A stretch of DNA of 62,717 nucleotides, counting the filler, from Basidiobolus ranarum (taxonomy: Eukaryota), in assembly GCA_040143965.1 (NCBI GenBank). It is 37 parts of 37 records of this genome, joined end to end, with 100 filler letters (N's around TTAATTAATTAA, not from the genome) between each part and the next. Parts side by side here need not be neighbours in the genome. Positions count along the whole stretch, not along the records: positions 1 to 1,604 come from JASJQH010004734.1; positions 1,705 to 3,307 come from JASJQH010004735.1; positions 3,408 to 5,010 come from JASJQH010004736.1; positions 5,111 to 6,713 come from JASJQH010004737.1; positions 6,814 to 8,415 come from JASJQH010004738.1; positions 8,516 to 10,117 come from JASJQH010004739.1; positions 10,218 to 11,819 come from JASJQH010004740.1; positions 11,920 to 13,520 come from JASJQH010004741.1; 29 more parts are not named here. One strand, 5' to 3'. Shown one piece after another: positions 1 to 12,201 of this stretch. Numbering within the stretch: the first letter of the stretch is position 1; the number at the start of each line of letters is the position of its first letter. A program made the position numbers and the translations under genes. Below the pieces are notes generated by a model. The model saw only the letters and a program-made list of their open reading frames with translations, did not search any database and was not told the origin of the DNA.

Positions 1-154
1 ATCTTAATCCTATTCATTAACTAAACTTGTTTTTATATCAATTTTCTTGGTGATTTTGGCACGCTAATAAATTAAATTAAATACGTTACACAACGATGAA
101 GGTTGAATCTGAATTGAATCGTATAAGTAAGTGAAGGATGTTATGAACAGTTAC

Positions 155-509
155 TTTTCGGTGACTTGAACTAGTTAGTCTATGGTGGCCTGGATTTCTT
201 CACAGTTGGAGGACACCAGTAGATACAATAGCCGTTAATCGTTAAGGGATCATTTGCAAAGCTATAGGCCACGAAGGAGTTAAATGATCTGTTACGGACG
301 CTTCGCGGGTGTTAGCACCACTGTAATAATCATTTTCATCTATGTGAAGGACCCTTTTACCCTCGATAGAAAGAAAACCCGAGAGAACACTCGTCAAACC
401 AGTTCCCAAAACGATGACATCGTATTTCTCATCCTATGTAACCATATGGAATGTGCGGAGTTATTATTATATCTAATATTATCCGTACGTATTCGTAGAA
501 TATTACCAT
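155..509 (-). pseudogene. GDI1: Internally deleted Rab GDP-dissociation inhibitor pseudogene
   Basis: ATG (509-507), GT-AG intron (506-434), then [37 protein letters not shown] matching the GDI N-terminus. Within ~100 bp this is followed by AIVST..EEIQATID..VTEK, resembling the GDI C-terminal region, with stops. Confidence 0.75.
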
Positions 510-872
510 GTTAGCTTGGCTTAAATATGACGCATGTAAATAAAACCATTGTTCTGTAAAGACACTTGGTCTTCATTGATACCGTTTCGGAATATCATGA
601 AACCATTCCCCCTTAGTCTCTCACGAAAGAAACCAATACCTTGTGTAGTATGAGAGGTTTAGGGTGTACTAGATATTCCATGAATTCAATTATTATTACA
701 CTAAGTAACAACTAGTTTCAATTATAAGCAAAATTCGAATGCACTTCATGCTGGTTAAACTCATTTGAATATGGAACAAGATTAATGTTTATTTTGATTC
801 GAACAATACAAATATAATGAGCTAGTACAAGACAGCGACTGATGAAGAATGCTTCATATGATGGTGATTACA

Positions 873-1604
873 CTAATTATGCGAGGCTATCCTACGTAAG
901 CATCTGGTCACCTCAGTATTCCAATCAGTGCGTAGTATCACGATAAATTCCATTGTAAAGCAGACAATATAAGCAATCATGATTCCCATCCAGAGACCTC
1001 TCAGTCCAAAGCCTCCGTAGAAGGTAAGCAATAGCCCTATCGGTAGAGCGATGATATAATACGAGCAGACTTTAATGACCGCCCCGATTTTCTGTTTGCC
1101 CTGGCCACGTAAAATGCCATTACAAACTCCGCCAATCGATTGAAAAAGCTATGGGATATGTGTTATCTATCAAGAAATTTATGAAATGATGGATATGTTG
1201 GAATTACCAAAATGACAGCAACAACTGGGAGAACTCTGGAGACGAATAGAACCACTTTCACATCTTGGTTGTAAAGATACCCCCAACTATCGCGGAAAAC
1301 CCAGATGATCGTACAATTTAATATCCCAATAATTGCCCCCAGCACCAATGAAACTTTGGCCACCAATGCTGCACGAATGGGTTGTGACGAGCCCAGAACG
1401 TTTCCGATTCGATTGCAAGCGGTGATGGAGATTCCTATTTGATAAACGCAATATTATTTAGAGCCTTCAAACCATCTACAATAAAGATAGGGATCGTAGA
1501 TTTACCAAGCGACATCATCATAAATAACATCAATGTGGTTCCAATGATTGACTGCGCTGCTAAAGCGACAGTCCCTAGATAGGAGGCTGACAAGGAAATA
1601 ATCT
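873..1604 (-). CDS. MATE family efflux transporter, 3' part (5'-truncated by contig end)
   Basis: Exons 1604-1506, 1434-1208 and 1148-873 with GT-AG introns give EIISLSASYLGTVALAAQSI..GISITACNRIGNVLG..GVCNGILRGQGKQKIGA..GLRGLWMG..TDWNTEV, typical of eukaryotic MATE. Confidence 0.92.
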
Positions 1605-1704
1605 NNNNNNNNNNNNNNNNNNNNNNNNNNNNNNNNNNNNNNNNNNNNTTAATTAATTAANNNNNNNNNNNNNNNNNNNNNNNNNNNNNNNNNNNNNNNN
1701 NNNN
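1605..1704. other. Artificial contig linker (N44-TTAATTAATTAA-N44); first of 36 identical linkers separating 37 contigs
   Basis: Identical 100-bp spacer about every 1.7 kb, with stops in all six frames; contig lengths fall monotonically from 1604 to 1590 bp. Confidence 0.98.
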
Positions 1705-2581
1705 TACTCTCCTACTTAGACTGGTTTATTTGTAACTCACTATCATGTGTCAAAATCATTATCAAATAAACTCAAAGACTTTACATTCTATAGTAATTGC
1801 AATGTTTGAGGTGTATTTGTCAAGTATCTTTAAATCATTCGTAGTCCCAATCGTCAGATAGCCGATAATGTTGCGTTTGAACATGAATTATATTAGGTTC
1901 TCAATTTGATGGAGGCCATTCGGTTTTGATGTTGATATTGACAAATCAAATAGTTGCATTATAAGCTTTACCATTTTTTCCAAAAAGGGATCAACCTCTA
2001 GTCTGAAGCCCTGGCATTCTCAGGATGGGCTGTAAGGCTAGCAAACCATTCAGAGCAGTCATGCTACTATCTTCAACCTGGACTCAAACGTCTTCAACAG
2101 ATCAAGTAGCTCATCATCGAATCTATCATTCTTTAGCCATGTAGGCAACACTTACAAATTCAAATATTTCAGTAATCTTGGGGAGTCACTAGCTGTTCAT
2201 ATTTAGGAAATTGCCTTAACCCTAACCCTAAGCAATTTTTGACATTCCGAAATATCTAAACGAGACTTGATATCTCTGTATAATTGAAGCATAGGTTAGC
2301 AATGTGGTCAACAAACCTTACTGATAATAGGACCTAATCCAGCATAATTATGGTATTCACCGAGCATTCATGTAACCTGCATGAGATATTATAAGAAACC
2401 TCATTTTCATTAGAGACTGTTGGTAATAATCATCTGAAGGCCTTTTTTGAAGTAGTATATGAAATTTTTTATCCCTTGGTGTGCAAGGTCCTCTACTTGT
2501 GTTTTATCCCGCAAAATACAAATTTACACACAAAAGCTGGAAGAACATTAAGGTCCTTAAAACAAACCGGATAACCCAATA

Positions 2582-3307
2582 ATGTTATCAAGTACTCCTA
2601 TCGTCTCACTCATGTCGCCGTCTCGCTTACATGGGTCTCTACATCCGAGTAGCCCATATCCAAATGATTCTATAATAACAAACCCTTCCTCAAAGCAAGA
2701 AGTCCTCTGTGTCTTTGTCATTGAGGGGACTTCAACTATAGCCAAACAATTCGACACTATCTATCAAACATACATAGAGCCCATTACTCGGTAAATATCT
2801 GGTAACGAGAAGTAAATTTACTCAGAGTTGCTAAACTCCAGGATATTTTCATTTAGACAACTACGAACACCGCTCATTGTAGAGACAAGTGAGAAACAGA
2901 AATCAAAAGTCAATGTAAAATAACAATACTATATACATAATACGTGAATAATGACTATTGACTGTTTTGATTTGAAGCCTGTGTTAAAACTTGGCCTTGT
3001 TATTTATGGAGACTATGAACCTTCAAGGGTTATTACTGTCGACGGAAAATATTTTACTAGTGACTATCAGTTCTTTCGAAATATCCTTGAAAAGATTAAA
3101 TTTACTCAAGGCGGCCCCTTGAAAAATGCTGTTGCGGAGGGTCTCATTGGGGCCTTGGAGGTATATCTCACTTATTCATTGAACCGTAGCCGGCCCTTAC
3201 TAACCACAAACAGATGTTTGATATGCACAACACAACAAGACATAAGGAAAGCCCTATACCCGTTCGACATTGTATTTTGATTGCCAATACGCCGCCATAT
3301 TCAAATG
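2582..3307 (+). CDS. MED25: Mediator subunit MED25-type von Willebrand A domain protein, 5' part
   Basis: Exons 2582-2790, 2857-2914, 2978-3160 and 3214-3307 (GT-AG introns). Motifs VFVIEGT, IKFTQGG, AEGLIGALEMFD and HCILIANTPPY occur in the same order as in the Med25 VWA domain. Confidence 0.8.
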
Positions 3308-3407
3308 NNNNNNNNNNNNNNNNNNNNNNNNNNNNNNNNNNNNNNNNNNNNTTAATTAATTAANNNNNNNNNNNNNNNNNNNNNNNNNNNNNNNNNNNNN
3401 NNNNNNN

Positions 3408-3925
3408 ATAAACCAATATTTCTATCCATTACCAGAAATATCTTGTAAATCACATAATGACTCATCAGGGACACCATCTTAGAATCAGCTGATGATATTG
3501 ATGGGATATACCTAAAATACCACCTATATGTAGGAGGTGTTCATTTTTCTACAAAATCCTTCTCATGCTGCAACACAAACATTTAAAGAAGCCCTGCATT
3601 GATTGTCACAAATTCTTGTGCTATGAAAGCTGAAGGCTTCATTGAAAAAAAAATTACATGCACAGTCACTGTACAAAGCCACCAGCTGAACAAAGCCTGG
3701 TGAATAACAACAGTAATAAGTGCACAAAAGCAACTTTAGTTTTGCCCACTGAGTCCACTGGTTGTTCTTTGCCACAAAGTTTGGTACCACAGCTAAAAGT
3801 AAAGATCCCATGGAGTTACCACAGTTATCTGACCAGAATTATGAAGGTAGAATGGAACTTGGGTCAAACTAGTAAGTCCAGACAACTTTGGGACATGCTG
3901 CTACAAGGTGACCTTGGTTATTCCA
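3408..3925 (+). mobile_element. CACTA/CMC family A: upstream region and transposase N-terminus
   Basis: Homologous to 20540-21050, 40190-40703 and 59997-60370 (HLKKPC..CHKFLCYE..HCTKPP). Confidence 0.85.
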
Positions 3926-5010
3926 CCCTAACAAAAATAAAATCAATTTTATCCATATCAGATCCAATCTTCTGGATTGCAAAACCATCAGAGAACCATC
4001 ACAATGTTGGTTGCTTGCATTCTACCAGGGATATTGATGGTGTGATGGTGGCCTCTTAATGGTATTTTGACAGTATTCATACATGTTAGGATATTGATCC
4101 TCATATTTGGCATGTGTTATTTAATTTCCAGCAATTTTCACAAAAGTATAATTTTTGAATGGCTTATTACTGGGTTTACTGTTGCAGGAATTCAAATTAA
4201 TATGCATGCCTTTATTTAAGTATTTTTGGCTTTGTATTCCAGCCATAATCAGCATCAAAAAATACAAGAATCTTGTTATGCTTAGTCTCTGAATATGCAC
4301 ATACTTGACTGATCAGACATAACTCAGCAACATCAATTTGATTTACCAGCTAACTAATGGGGGAAAAATTGCTAAGCATCTGAAATTTTGAATAGCACCT
4401 CAATATTTGCAAATAGCTGACTCTTGTTACCATTCAAAATAAGAATAAGCTCTTGGATTTTGGCAAATTTCCATTAACAATTCAGCCAAAATATCCCCAA
4501 CTTGCAGTCAACAAATGTCCTGCCACAAGCAGATGTGTCATTGCTTGAATATATTACCACATGGCTAAAATAACTATACTGTATATCTCAATCTTTCTCA
4601 TCAAGAAGTGTGTCTTGCAGCTTTCCTAAAAATGCCATCAGATTATCACACAACAAATAAGTCCATGTCATAGAGATACTACTCTGCATCCATAGATTAG
4701 GCTTTGTTGCTGTTATTGTCCTCAAACAAAGCAAAAACCTGCGGGCACATTGAAAAGATCCCTTTGTTGGAAGGTTGATACACTCTGGTGTCTCCTTAAC
4801 CCATTGCATTACATCCATCACAGATTTTGCTGATACATTGTTAATCATATTACCACACAGTAATACTGACAATTTCACCAACGCATCATTTCATAACAGG
4901 TGTGCTCCATTGGGAGCTACCAGAATGTATAGCACGGGCCTATAATCTTTAAGCATTGTGAAAGATGCAGCAGCAAATGTATTGAATACCAGCATAGATT
5001 CAGTCTATCT
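3926..5010 (-). mobile_element. CACTA family A right terminus and transposase 3' part, inserted into another family A copy
   Basis: Begins CCCTAACAAAAATAAAATC; decayed LLHLSQC..GPCYTFW..PMEH..INNVSAKSVMDV region. Confidence 0.85.
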
Positions 5011-5110
5011 NNNNNNNNNNNNNNNNNNNNNNNNNNNNNNNNNNNNNNNNNNNNTTAATTAATTAANNNNNNNNNNNNNNNNNNNNNNNNNNNNNNNNNN
5101 NNNNNNNNNN

Positions 5111-6713
5111 TGAGCAGGTTGGGTGTATATAAACTGCTTCGTCTACTGAGCCCATTAAGTCTACTATTCTTTATATCTTATACAGTGGCATCATATCTGA
5201 TTCAATTGGCACAAATTGAGGAATTTGCTAACTTGTTGCCTAACCACTCCTTGCCCTGTTATATCCTGGCAATTCAATGATCTGGTTGTGTGTATATCAA
5301 GTGTTTAGTGTACTGTGCCCATAAAGCTTACAGGTATTGTTTACATACTAACTTAAGTGCCTGGCTTTTGGCCCCTGATATATCCTTGTTGTTTCTATTA
5401 TTTATGATTTTTAATCACACTCAGTTGAGACATTGCTTAGACTAGTGCTACATGTGTTCCTATTTTGAACCTCTTAGTTTTAGCCAGACAGATCAGGGCA
5501 TTGAACTAAATTATTTACAAGAATATCATAGCATCATAATTGCTTTCTCAGTAAACTGTCCTGGTAGTGTGTAGACTAGACTTGTGGCTCTTTAGATAGC
5601 TTTGATCATGGGGTGCTATACTTCACATTCATTTAGAATTAGTCCATTCACTATATGTGTTTTGCTTTTGGTGATTTCATTATATCTCCTGTCATGGCAA
5701 TATTTTTTTTTCTAAAGTTAACCTGCCAATTAAACATCCCAACCTACTCACAACATGCCAGTATTCATCTAGTCAAGAAGCATCTAAAAGCACTCCTTGT
5801 GAAATAACATTTAATTTTTCCGCTAGCATATATCTTTTGGCACAGGAACTGGAGTCATCAGTATCTATATTTTGCAGAGCTTGCTTACTAATTCTGTTTT
5901 TGTTGCCATACTGAGATATAAAGGGCATTAGCTTTGGTCTGTTTATGCTTAATTTCTCAGATATCTGTACCACACTAATGAATAGTCAAAGTTGGTATTG
6001 TCTCTCCTCCAGGTTTGCATCTTTATGGCAGTATATCACCTAGTAGATCACTTCTTTGAGCACTGCAAAATTGTTAAAATTAATTACTCTAATATCACTC
6101 CTGTGCAGATTTAATACACCATTTATAGCATGATTAGTCATCACTATATATGTAATGTGCTTTGGGTCATTTTGAGCCTCTAATGTCTGGCCAATATGTG
6201 TTTTGTTATACAATACTCAAATGGCTGCCACATACTCCTTGTATACTGTTTTACCTAGACAAATGGGTTTTGTGTTTGATGTTGGCATTTCAATAACTAA
6301 ATGTTTGCTTTTCCAACATTACTTATTGCAAGTTGATTTATTTGTTGCCAGCCATTGCTAAGCTCAAGTATTAATTGCTGCAACTTTGAGAACATCTGCA
6401 ATTTTATTTTCTAATGTTACAGTCCTTGTTTACTTTCACCAGTATTTAGACCATGTGTTTGGACTTGTGTTTTTATTCAAGCCTTTCCTAAATTAGTTTG
6501 CTTTTTCATTTTAGTTGCAAAATTAGTTTCATTTTGTTGACACAACATTGAGAACATTCTGATGTGCCGTATTGGGCTACCAAGCTGCCTTTAAAGTGTT
6601 AGGACAGGATGCAGCAACCACAATTTCACTTTACATACATAGCCGTAATGTAAAACTCATCTTCAAAGGCTTTCTGCAAATTCTATTCTCCACTTCAGCT
6701 GCTGCAGAAATTT
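5111..6713 (-). mobile_element. Highly decayed retroelement relic, possibly Gypsy pol (RNase H/integrase-like)
   Basis: CpG-depleted; only faint motifs (THIG..IVMTNH like RNase H V.TDH; ALWAQYT like integrase ALWAYRT). Confidence 0.3.
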
Positions 6714-6813
6714 NNNNNNNNNNNNNNNNNNNNNNNNNNNNNNNNNNNNNNNNNNNNTTAATTAATTAANNNNNNNNNNNNNNNNNNNNNNNNNNNNNNN
6801 NNNNNNNNNNNNN

Positions 6814-6996
6814 TTGTATGCTATGCCTATATTGCTAGGGAACCTTAACCTAGTCTTTCAATGTATGGTACTTTGGCATTTCAGCTATACAAGCAACTGA
6901 TTGGCCTTAGACTTTGTGTTCAGAGGCAGTCACCATACTCCATATTTTCCTCTTTGGGAATTACTGCTTGTACCACAAGTCACCAGACTTTCAACA
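6814..6996 (-). mobile_element. tRNA-bearing LTR family, 5' part (contig breaks just before the tRNA-like segment)
   Basis: Reverse complement of 48758-48940; ends ..ACTTTCAACA, abutting Copia RNase H sequence. Confidence 0.85.
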
Positions 6997-7681
6997 GTCT
7001 TATATCTATCTGTCCACTTCTTGTATCAAGCATGAGATTTCTTGCTATGATTATATTGATATAATGAGTTAGTGAATTTTGAGAATAGCCCAAATCTTTC
7101 AAGAGCAATCTTATCCATATAACTTCCTTTATTGCTTCACAGCAGCTATAACTTCTACTGCTGTTGTTGAAAGTGCTTTGGTAGGTTATTTCTTGGAATT
7201 CCAAGAAATAGCCACTTAATAGCTGAAGAACAAATATTAAGTTGTCAATTAGTTCTCTTCTACATTGTTTTCTCAGTTTGCGCATGTGTATTCTATAAAA
7301 GCAAAGTGTGATTGAGAATGTATGCATCTTTTGCAGAGACCCATGGTATCACTGAAGTATCAAAAGTCCACTTAACTTCTATTATTTGATCAGATCTAAA
7401 ATTTACAAGATATTTTCACATAATTTCCACTGAATATGCAACATCTGGACATACTCCATCCATGACATACATTCAACTACCAGCAATAAATTGATAAAGA
7501 AATTCTGGCACTCACTTAAATTTAAGAACATCTGAAATGAGCTATTTGTGGCCTAGTTAAAATTTGTCTCCATAGATATAGATACTGAAATCAATTCTTT
7601 GATTTTAAACTTTTTTGATATATCTAGCTTGTATTTAGACTGATTTCAAGTTATTGATGTAGTAGCTACATTGAATACAAT
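6997..7681 (-). mobile_element. Copia RT/RNase H fragment
   Basis: EAIKEVIWIRLLLKDLGY..IARN..RSGQIDIR resembles the Copia RNase H EA.WLR..L..LG..H.R.KHIDIR region; frameshifted. Confidence 0.8.
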
Positions 7682-8415
7682 CTCTAACAGAGACTTGAGT
7701 ATTGTTATTGTAGGAAAACTGTCACAATTTTAATCCATTTGGGATTGACCATTTACTTACCATCATAAAATCATCAAGTTAGATTTGATTTTGATCAATT
7801 TTTTCAGTTTCAGGAGTGAAATTTCAAGCTCTTGCAAAATAGTTGCACATGTTTGGCTACAATCTGAGGGAACTATGGATCAACACATGTGCAAGAAACA
7901 TAACTCAAATTTTACACATTTATCACTTGAATGCTAATTTGTCACCTTTGAAATTCCTAGTTTCTTTGATATGTTCTCCTGAATATTTTTATAGAGTTCT
8001 TCATACCCAAGGTTTAGCTCATATCCAACACAAGTTTGTATCAATATCTCCATCAAAGCCAAGCATTGTATTAGCATTGCTGAATCAACATTCTTCCAGC
8101 TATCTGGCGGATACTCTGCAATATTGTGCCATTCTGGATTAAGTTCCTCCCAGATATCTGCATGGTCAACACTAGACTGAATGTCAAGATGAATGTTCTT
8201 CTTCTGAAGCCATTTTCTGAATACTTGTGCTGTGTTTTTCCCTTCATACTTTTCAAAATACTCCTCAAGCACTTAAGGTGCCAGGTGCTGGATAAAATTC
8301 CAAATTTAGCACTCTTCCAACTGGTGTACCTGATTCCATGGTGAAATTAAGCTTTTTTGCCAGTATATCTGACTCTGCAAATGCAGATATTTGTAATAGT
8401 GTGAGGATTTTGGTA
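7682..8415 (+). mobile_element. CACTA family A left terminus with accessory ORF C-terminus (ORF on - strand, 7934-8272)
   Basis: Starts CTCTAACAGAGAC (decayed CCCTAACAGAAAT); homologous to 19228, 48463, 49727 and 62414. Confidence 0.8.
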
Positions 8416-8515
8416 NNNNNNNNNNNNNNNNNNNNNNNNNNNNNNNNNNNNNNNNNNNNTTAATTAATTAANNNNNNNNNNNNNNNNNNNNNNNNNNNNN
8501 NNNNNNNNNNNNNNN

Positions 8516-8806
8516 GTAGTCAGATGTGAAGAGGCCGATTTCACACGATTCACTCCACCAAGTGGGCAAACGTGTGGTGCGTACAGTGCCGAATGGTTGA
8601 AGTACGCTACTGGTTATTTACAGGATCCATCAGCTACCGATGTATGTAAGTACTGTGAATACTCGAGCGGCGCAGAATTCCTTCGAGTATTTGAATGGTC
8701 CATCGATCATAGGTGGAGAAACTTTGGCATTCTGTGGGTGTACTATGCCTTCAATGTGTCAGTTTTCGTACTGTTTGTTTGGTTGAACAGGAAACCCAAG
8801 CGATAA
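8516..8806 (+). CDS. PDR/CDR-type ABCG transporter, C-terminal fragment
   Basis: VRC..FTPPSGQTCGAY..GYL.DP..C.YC.YSSG.EFL..RWRNFGI..FN, the conserved C-terminus of fungal PDR transporters; stop at 8804-8806. Confidence 0.92.
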   Translation, partial: VVRCEEADFTRFTPPSGQTCGAYSAEWLKYATGYLQDPSATDVCKYCEYSSGAEFLRVFEWSIDHRWRNFGILWVYYAFNVSVFVLFVWLNRKPKR

Positions 8807-11039
8807 ATGCGCGCCCATCCAAATCACCTAAATCTTCTTCCATTGTAGAAATAATGTTTGTTTGAAATGACTAACATTAATTAGTATTTATTAATAAATG
8901 AATTGATGACGCCCATAAGCTACAACCATAAGCTACAGTTAACATGTGAATAAAATGGAGTTCCTAAGCTATTGATTACAAAACATCTTACGCTTCCAAA
9001 ATCCTTATTCTTCATGTACTCTGCTATCCTATCAGTGAGCAACCAATACAAAGCGTGAAGTCAAATAAATGAAAAGATTTCTGAAACTACCAAACAAAAA
9101 TGCCAAAGATAATCATAATCTCAACTCAAATCGCTTCGGAATTTGGTGAAAACAGAACTGAATATCTCAGTTAAAAATTTATTTTCAGTAGGAAACTTTT
9201 TCCTGTTATTTTATAATAACAATAATTTTTTTATAATATAAACCGGGTGTTATGACTAACTTTTTAGAGAAACCCAGGTGTACTCGGATTGCAACCTGGG
9301 TATTGCTGCCACTGACTTGGGAAACATCATCCTCAAACTGTTGAAATTAGGCCTAAAACTAAGTATAGATGTGGATATTAAGTACGTTAGAATATGGATT
9401 ACCTAAAGTAGTATCAGTATTGGTTATACATGATTTGAAATCAAATTTCTGTAACATAAATATTGTTGGTATGTATTAGGGCGCTGGTAAGGAATAGAGA
9501 ATGAAAGGTTATACTGTGAGTTTTCTACAGCTTATGTAATTGCAATATAGTTGCATATACATGAATATTTTCTGAATTAACATTCTCAAATCGTAGATAT
9601 AGTGTCAATCATTTTTTTGCTTGTTTCTGCATGAACTATTTTTCTTGAATTTTTCAATTCATTAAACCTCTGATAAATTTAGGAATTTCTGGATCTGGTA
9701 AAGCTAAAATATTGCTGAGGATTACAGGTAAATATACATGTAGTATTATTGTTCAACCGCCTATCTTTTAATAATAGCAAGGATAAATATATGAAATAAA
9801 CAATAGCTAAGTTGTAATTTATTATTCTACACCTTAATGTAGCACCATTACCATACATGTATCACTGGGTCAAAAATCCATTGAGAGTTGTTTTTAGCCT
9901 GAATGGGGGACTTGATCAGTCAGAACTTTTAGGAAACATATAACTCATTTAAAAAAGGCTCAAATACAATACCAAAACATTTTTTACATTTACCATAGAC
10001 CATGTTGAGTTTCTAGCACATGAGTACCAATAGACCTTAGAGTGCAAGTTCAACTTTGAGGTTAGAGGTCATCCAAAGCAATAGATGTTATTACTGATCT
10101 AGTAAAACATAAACCTANNNNNNNNNNNNNNNNNNNNNNNNNNNNNNNNNNNNNNNNNNNNTTAATTAATTAANNNNNNNNNNNNNNNNNNNNNNNNNNN
10201 NNNNNNNNNNNNNNNNNGCTTGAGTATCAAGATAAATTATCAAATAAACAAGCGACCAGTGGTCGATCAATACCAAATACATCAACCACGTTGTCAGTTC
10301 TGTGACTTACTTGGTGGCTTATATGTGATAACGTTTCTCAGTACCCTCAGCAGGAGCAATCACAGCTCTTTCGACTCTGTCATTGCTACACCAGGTATTC
10401 TTCATTGTAAACGTGGTCATATTCGAGTTGCTTTACATACATAACAGAGTCCGATGATGCTTATCCTGTTTTCGCCAATATATATTTGGGCTTCAAAAAT
10501 GACCATTAACCAGCCCACAAAATTACGATAATCTAATCGTTGTGAGCTAAGTTGCTTAAATGATTTGATGAATAATCATGGGCAAATAAGTCAAGAACGA
10601 GTTTAATCTCGATACTATTTTAATGAAACTCTATGATATCCAACCATACTTCACTTTCAGTCTCCCTGCTTAATTTGTCAACGTTGTATGGACAAGTTTT
10701 TTCTTATGTATATACTGCTCACTCAATAACAGTCAAATGAGATCCGTTAGTTCCACGGAACTTTCAATCAATATCCATACTTTTGTTGGTTACAGTTTGA
10801 TAGATACTTTTATTAGGATAATAATGTACCAATCCTAATCAATGCGAAAAAGAATTATTATGGTTAGAATAAGCTGCTGAAATATACTGTTACCATTTGC
10901 TAATATTTTTTTTTGTTTTAATGATGATAAAGATTGTTTGTAGTCTAAGAACTTGAATGAGTTTTATATTGAATAGAAGTCAATTAACAAGTTAGATAAA
11001 ATTAGCGTAAACTCCAGTTAGCAATAAGTATATTTTTCT

Positions 11040-11766
11040 ATGGACAAAGAGACTATTACCAGCTCACCTTCCCCCACCACTGACACCATGCGCAACCTTT
11101 TGGTTTTCTCTGGTACTTCTCACCCGGACTTCACTGACGCAATTTGTGCTCGTCTTGGAGTTGAAGTAGCCCCAGCTAATCTAGGGAAATTCTCCAACGC
11201 AGAAACCAACGTTGAGATTAAGAAGTCAGTACGCGATCAACATGTTTATATTGTTCAGTCTGGTTCCGGCAAAGTAAACGACAACTTTATGGAACTTCTA
11301 ATTATGATATCTGCCTGTAAAACTGCTAGCGCCAAAAAAGTCACTGTAGTTCTTCCTTATTTTCCATATTCCAGACAACCAGACATTCCATATGCCAAAA
11401 GTGGAATTCCGTTTCGCAAAAGTGCTTACGTCGGTCTTCGGGATTCACCTAACCTTTCCAACATCGTTCTTTCGCCTGCAGTTGATCCAACAAATAGGGA
11501 TGTGGATTGCGATGTCCCCTTTGAATCTCTTCTCCCTTCTGTTGCGCCTATGAGCTCCATTGCTTCTATTTTGAAGGGTGATGTTATGAGTAATATCTCG
11601 GATATTAGCTCCCCCAAAATCGCTCCTAGGAGTACTATCAATAATAACCAAGATAAACGCACTATTCACGATCCTATTGACAACCGATGGGTTAAACCAG
11701 ACGGTAGTTATAAGCATTGGGTTGCCAGATCTGGAGAACTTGTTGCTAATTTACTTGTTGCAGCTG
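11040..11766 (+). CDS. PRS5: Ribose-phosphate pyrophosphokinase, PRS5-type with long insert; first exon, 3'-truncated
   Basis: VFSGTSHP..KFSNAETNVEI..SVR..MELLIMISACKTASAKKVTVVLPYFPYSRQ, then a ~125-aa Ser/Pro-rich insert, then YKHWVARSGELVANLL. Likely GT donor at 11767; alternative start at 11088. Confidence 0.88.
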
Positions 11767-11919
11767 GTAAAACGATACTTTGTTGCCTTGGTTTGTTAAT
11801 GAAATCCTTTTTAACGTACNNNNNNNNNNNNNNNNNNNNNNNNNNNNNNNNNNNNNNNNNNNNTTAATTAATTAANNNNNNNNNNNNNNNNNNNNNNNNN
11901 NNNNNNNNNNNNNNNNNNN

Positions 11920-11951
11920 TCCAGATCAAATCAATTTTATTTTTGTTAGGG
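11920..11951 (+). mobile_element. CACTA family A right terminus inserted in LTR-B
   Basis: ..ATCAATTTTATTTTTGTTAGGG followed directly by LTR-B internal sequence. Confidence 0.8.
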
Positions 11952-12201
11952 ATATGTGAATAATTTGAGAATTATCAATTCCATACTGGAAATTTCAAGC
12001 TTGTCCAAATTGCCACAAAGATAACTGATTTTACTCCCACAGATGTTCCGTACACAACCCTAGTGTTAGTTTTCTTTATTTCCACCAAAATTTATAAATG
12101 CTTTATTTCTGGGCAAAAAATAACTATCTCACAAAGCTATTCACAGCTCTACTTTTCTAAAGTTCCTCTAAACAGCCCATAATTTCCCAATAATTTCAAC
12201 A
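11952..12201 (+). mobile_element. Copia LTR family B, 3' part
   Basis: Homologous to 46327-46716; ends TTTCAACA. Confidence 0.8.

Noticed and set aside
2214-2231. CCTTAACCCTAACCCTAA telomere-like run
   Set aside because: Only about three units and internal to the contig; too short to call
9033-9314. Possible hAT-like MITE (CAGTGAGCAACCAATAC ... GTATTGCTGCCACTG)
   Set aside because: Imperfect inverted repeat, no 8-bp TSD, no second copy in the window
11390-11710. Long insert in the PRPP synthetase as a possible intein or novelty
   Set aside because: No intein motifs; a non-homologous insert at this position is known for fungal Prs5-type subunits
11426-11717. Antisense ORFs over PRS5, and similar shadow ORFs over the C2 gene, GDI relic and transposons
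   Set aside because: Opposite-strand or off-frame shadows of the real coding frames
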